DNA of 24,578 bases from Pseudomonadota bacterium (lineage in GTDB: Bacteria > Bdellovibrionota_B > Oligoflexia > Oligoflexales > CAIYRB01): assembly GCA_031416315.1 (NCBI GenBank), contig JANOTL010000008.1:1-24578 (forward strand), read 5' to 3'. The position numbers were made by a program, and so were the translations under genes. The notes under the pieces are model-generated. The model saw only the letters and a program-made list of their open reading frames with translations, did not search any database and was not told the DNA's origin. This document shows positions 21,465 through 24,578 of the stretch, piece after piece (within the stretch, counting starts at the first letter, position 1; each line of letters opens with the position of its first letter).

Positions 21465-22019
21465 TCAGGCCGGACTGATCTTCACGTATTTGCCGGCCAG
21501 CAAGATGCAAAGCGCGCTCAAGGCGTGGTCGATTTGACCCGTCCGCACGAGCCCGTCGAGCTCCGTCGGGTCGACGAGCACGATCTCGATCGCCTCGTCC
21601 TCGTCCGGGAAGCGCTGCCGAGCCGTGCTCAATTGGCAGTCGAAGGCCACGAAAAAATTGACGAAATTGTTCATGATGGCCGGGTTCGGATTCAAGCGCG
21701 CGAGCGGCAAGATCCGCTGCGTTACGTAGCCGGTCTCTTCCTCCAGCTCGCGCGCTGCCGCCATGGTCGGATCGCGCTCGCCCGCGTCGACGACACCGCC
21801 GGGACACTCGAGCACCATTTTCAACGAGCCCGCGCGCGGCTGCCGAATGAGCAGCGCCCTTCCGTCATTCGTGATCGGCAGGACGTTCACCCAGTCGGGG
21901 CTCGTCAGGCGGAAGAACGGATGCGACAGCTTCCTCTCACCAACCTGTAGGTCCATCGACTCGACGTTGAACGGGCGCGTCTCGAGCACGACCGCCTTCG
22001 ACAGGAGCTTGATGCTCAC
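21465..22019 (-). CDS. Nudix hydrolase (ADP-ribose pyrophosphatase-like)
   Basis: Nudix box GVVDAGERDPTMAAARELEEETGY (one-residue insertion), PDWVNVLP, LIRQPR, NPA. Likely GTG start at 22019 overlapping the upstream stop (GTGA). Confidence 0.92.
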   Translation of the reverse strand: MSIKLLSKAVVLETRPFNVESMDLQVGERKLSHPFFRLTSPDWVNVLPITNDGRALLIRQPRAGSLKMVLECPGGVVDAGERDPTMAAARELEEETGYVTQRILPLARLNPNPAIMNNFVNFFVAFDCQLSTARQRFPDEDEAIEIVLVDPTELDGLVRTGQIDHALSALCILLAGKYVKISPA

Positions 22020-22609
22020 GAGGGCAAACGTCCGCTGACGAACTCGGCCGTGAGCCCGGCGGCTTCGTTGAAGTGCAGGCGCCACTGCGAATGCGAATCG
22101 GCCCCCACGGCATTCGTTACGGCCAAAATCACCGCCAAGCTCGTCGCCCCGGCCGCAATCTCGCCGATCACGCTGTAGAGCTCGAGGTTCTCGACCACGG
22201 TGTCGGTCGCCACGCCGTCAGGGAGCCTGCTGACGAGGCTGATCCCCGGCGTGCACAGGACGCGCCTCCCCGGCAGCCCGCGCGCCCAGGAGGGCACCTC
22301 CGGCAGCGGAATGGGCGGTGCAGAGTCCTTGACCGTGTAGCACATGCCGAGCCGCTCGCCGGTCGGCAACCATAGGGCCTCCGTCGCGCGGATCAAGGTG
22401 CACTTGGAAAACGGCGAAAACGTGCCGCAGGTTCCGACGAAGATCACGTGCTTGCCGCGGGCGGCTTCGCCGAGCTGCTTCGCCTTCTTCGCGGCATTGA
22501 TGGCGCCCACGCCAGTGAGGCGAATCTCCGGCGCCATGCCGCGCTGCTGCAGCGCATTGGCGAGCGGATCGACCTCGAACTTTGCGGCGGCGATGATGAG
22601 GGGGTTCAC
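22016..22609 (-). CDS. PNP/UDP/MTAN-superfamily nucleosidase or phosphorylase (MTAN/futalosine hydrolase-like)
   Basis: LIIAAAKFE, TGVGAINAA, VIFVGTCG, VENLE (equivalent to xEME), LAVTNAVG. Likely GTG start at 22609, 7 bp after the RNase J stop. Confidence 0.72.
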   Translation of the reverse strand: MNPLIIAAAKFEVDPLANALQQRGMAPEIRLTGVGAINAAKKAKQLGEAARGKHVIFVGTCGTFSPFSKCTLIRATEALWLPTGERLGMCYTVKDSAPPIPLPEVPSWARGLPGRRVLCTPGISLVSRLPDGVATDTVVENLELYSVIGEIAAGATSLAVILAVTNAVGADSHSQWRLHFNEAAGLTAEFVSGRLPS

Positions 22610-22616
22610 GCGACGC

Positions 22617-24311
22617 TCACACGAGGTGGAGTTTGACGACGACGACCGGTTTCTTGTTGAGCAAGATCGCGAGACGGCGTCGGATCGCGATTCGCACATC
22701 CTCGGTCAGCTCTTCCAAGCTGGCCGAGGACTTGCCGGCGCCCCGCGATACTAACAGCTCGAGCGCCGCTTGTGCGGTTTCCCGACGGAAACCCTCCGGA
22801 TCCACCTCGTCGGGAAGGCGTACGCCGAAGATCTCGAGCTGAGGGGATGTCAGCCAGCCCCTCTGTGCCTTGCCGTAGACGGCCGAGAAGAAGGCGCAGC
22901 CTAGCTCGCCGATCCGGAGGCGCTCGCGTGCGATCTCGGTCGGCAGAACGATGTGCGACTCGGAGTCGACATATTGCACGCCGGTCTCGACTCGCCCGAT
23001 GATTTTGGCGCCGTTCGCGTCGACCTCGAGGATGTCCCCGGATTCCACGAGGAGCGTCCGCAAGCCCAGCTTTTCCCCGAGTCGGCGGTTGGCCGCGAGC
23101 TGGGTGTAAGCGCCGTGGATCGGCACGTGCATCTTTGGCTTGAGCAACCCGGCCAGGACCTCGAGGTCGCCGCCGTAGGCGTGGCCCGAGACGTGGATGT
23201 CCGGCATCTCGCGCGCGGTCACGACCTCGGCGCCGCTGCGCTTCAGCTTGTCCATCATGTCGAGGATCGGCCGCTCGTTACCCGGGATGAACCGGGACGA
23301 AAAAATCGCGTGGTCGCCGCGGCGCACCGAGAAGCTGCGGTGCTCGCCGCTCGCGATGCGCGCCATCCCGGACCGCCATTCCCCCTGGCAACCCGTCGCG
23401 AGGACCGCGAGGCGCTCGCGCGGGAACGTGTCGAGGTTCTCGTCGGCGACTCGGATCGTCTCGGGCAAGTGATATCGTCCAAGCGCCTTTGCATGGGTCA
23501 GCGTCATCTCGAGCCCATTTCCCGTGATGTAAAGCTTGCGCCCTGCGGCGACGCAGGCGTCAGCCACCGACTTCAGACGCCAGAGGTTGCTCGAGAAGGT
23601 CGTGACCAAGGCCGCGCCGGGCGTACGTTTGAAGGCCTCCGCCAGCGCCGGCGCCACGTCGCTCTCCTCGGGGCATCGCCCGGATTTCTCCGAGTTCGTG
23701 CTGTCGGCGAGGAGGATGTCGACGCCCTCCGCACCGATCGCCGCGAGGCGCTTGGCGTCGTAGCGGGCTTCGACCGTCGGCGACTCCTCGAGCTTGAAGT
23801 CGGCCGTGTGGAAGACTTTCACCTTCGGCGTCTTGATATAGAGCGCGCAGGTGTCGGGGATCGAGTGGTTCACGTGCACGAGCTCGATCGAGAGGTCGTC
23901 GACCTCGATCTTGCCGCCCGCCTTGATGATCGTGATCGGATGGGCGTTCGGGTCCATCCCGAGCTTAAGGAACTTCGCCCGCAGCAGCGCCGCGGTCCAA
24001 GGCGTCGCGTAGATCGGCGCCGGCCAGCGCGGGACGACGTACGGGATCGCGCCGATGTGGTCCTCGTGGCCGTGGGTGAGGACGTAGGCGAACACGCCGC
24101 CGGCCTCGCGAAACCAGGGCGAGACGTCGGGGATGATGGCGTCGATCCCGAGTTTGGCCGGGTCGGGAAATTTGACCCCGCAATCCAGGACCAAGAGCCG
24201 CTCCCGCCAAAGGAGGGCCGTCAGGTTCATCCCGAACTCGCCGCAGCCGCCGAGCGGGACGAAGCGCATGGTGTCGGGAGCGGTCGGGGCGGAAAAGCTG
24301 GGCGGTTGCAT
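22617..24311 (-). CDS. rnj: Ribonuclease J (MBL/beta-CASP)
   Basis: FVPLGGCGEFGMN, DCGVKFP, THGHEDHIGA, VNHSIPD, HTADFK, DSTN, FSSN, ATGCQGE, SSRFIPGNE, HVSGHA, PIHG, C-terminal KKPVVV. Alternative start at ATG 24270. Confidence 0.95.
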   Translation of the reverse strand: MQPPSFSAPTAPDTMRFVPLGGCGEFGMNLTALLWRERLLVLDCGVKFPDPAKLGIDAIIPDVSPWFREAGGVFAYVLTHGHEDHIGAIPYVVPRWPAPIYATPWTAALLRAKFLKLGMDPNAHPITIIKAGGKIEVDDLSIELVHVNHSIPDTCALYIKTPKVKVFHTADFKLEESPTVEARYDAKRLAAIGAEGVDILLADSTNSEKSGRCPEESDVAPALAEAFKRTPGAALVTTFSSNLWRLKSVADACVAAGRKLYITGNGLEMTLTHAKALGRYHLPETIRVADENLDTFPRERLAVLATGCQGEWRSGMARIASGEHRSFSVRRGDHAIFSSRFIPGNERPILDMMDKLKRSGAEVVTAREMPDIHVSGHAYGGDLEVLAGLLKPKMHVPIHGAYTQLAANRRLGEKLGLRTLLVESGDILEVDANGAKIIGRVETGVQYVDSESHIVLPTEIARERLRIGELGCAFFSAVYGKAQRGWLTSPQLEIFGVRLPDEVDPEGFRRETAQAALELLVSRGAGKSSASLEELTEDVRIAIRRRLAILLNKKPVVVVKLHLV

Positions 24312-24335
24312 GGGTACGAATCCCGAGACGAGGAA

Positions 24336-24578
24336 CTAACCTTTGGTCGGGGCGAACTCGAAAGGATAGCTGACCTCGACGCTCCCGCGCCGCGGTCTCG
24401 GGAATCGCCAGTTGCTGATCTTCTGCTTGATGCAAGACTGCATGCGCAAGTCTTTGATCGTCGACGTCTGCAGAGCCACATCCGAGATGAGACCGCGCGA
24501 GTCGATACGCCAGCGCCACTCCATCGTGCCGCGCGCGCCCTCGTTGCGCCGTAAGGCAAGCTCGTAGCAAAGCTGGAG
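24336..24578 (-). CDS. C-terminal fragment of an AgmX/PglI-type (TonB-C-like) domain protein; gene begins beyond window
   Basis: Frame is open from the window edge: LQLCYELALRRNEGARGTMEWRWRIDSRGLISDV...SCIKQKISNWRFPRPRRGSVEVSYPFEF. This matches the CYE..L / C......W.FP.P / V.YPF pattern of this domain. Confidence 0.8.
   Translation of the reverse strand, partial: LQLCYELALRRNEGARGTMEWRWRIDSRGLISDVALQTSTIKDLRMQSCIKQKISNWRFPRPRRGSVEVSYPFEFAPTKG

Noticed and set aside
22953..24554. 533-aa plus-strand ORF
   Set aside because: Antisense shadow of RNase J.

Overview
GC-rich, gene-dense bacterial chromosomal segment, probably from a deltaproteobacteria-like lineage (Bdellovibrionota/Oligoflexia or Myxococcota; inferred from the AgmX/TonB-C-like domain, the M23-secA linkage and the VWA lipoprotein). 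Left arm: purF (5'-truncated by the window), a VWA lipoprotein and rph on +, facing a minus-strand run of PP2C phosphatase, M23 peptidase, secA and an unknown tail-anchored protein. Centre: a surface-polysaccharide locus of alternately oriented modules, namely an LtaS/GacH-like phosphotransferase, rmlB-A-C-D (dTDP-L-rhamnose), wzm/wzt ABC exporter and three GT2 glycosyltransferases, two of them head-to-head two-domain paralogues. Right arm (minus): AgmX/PglI-type C-terminal domain (partial), RNase J, a nucleosidase-fold protein and a Nudix hydrolase. No rRNA, tRNA, CRISPR array or mobile element was recognised. The best leads are a possible phospho-decorated rhamnan system in a diderm, structured leaders upstream of secA and the M23 gene, and the tail-anchored protein after secA. 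All of these are hypotheses.
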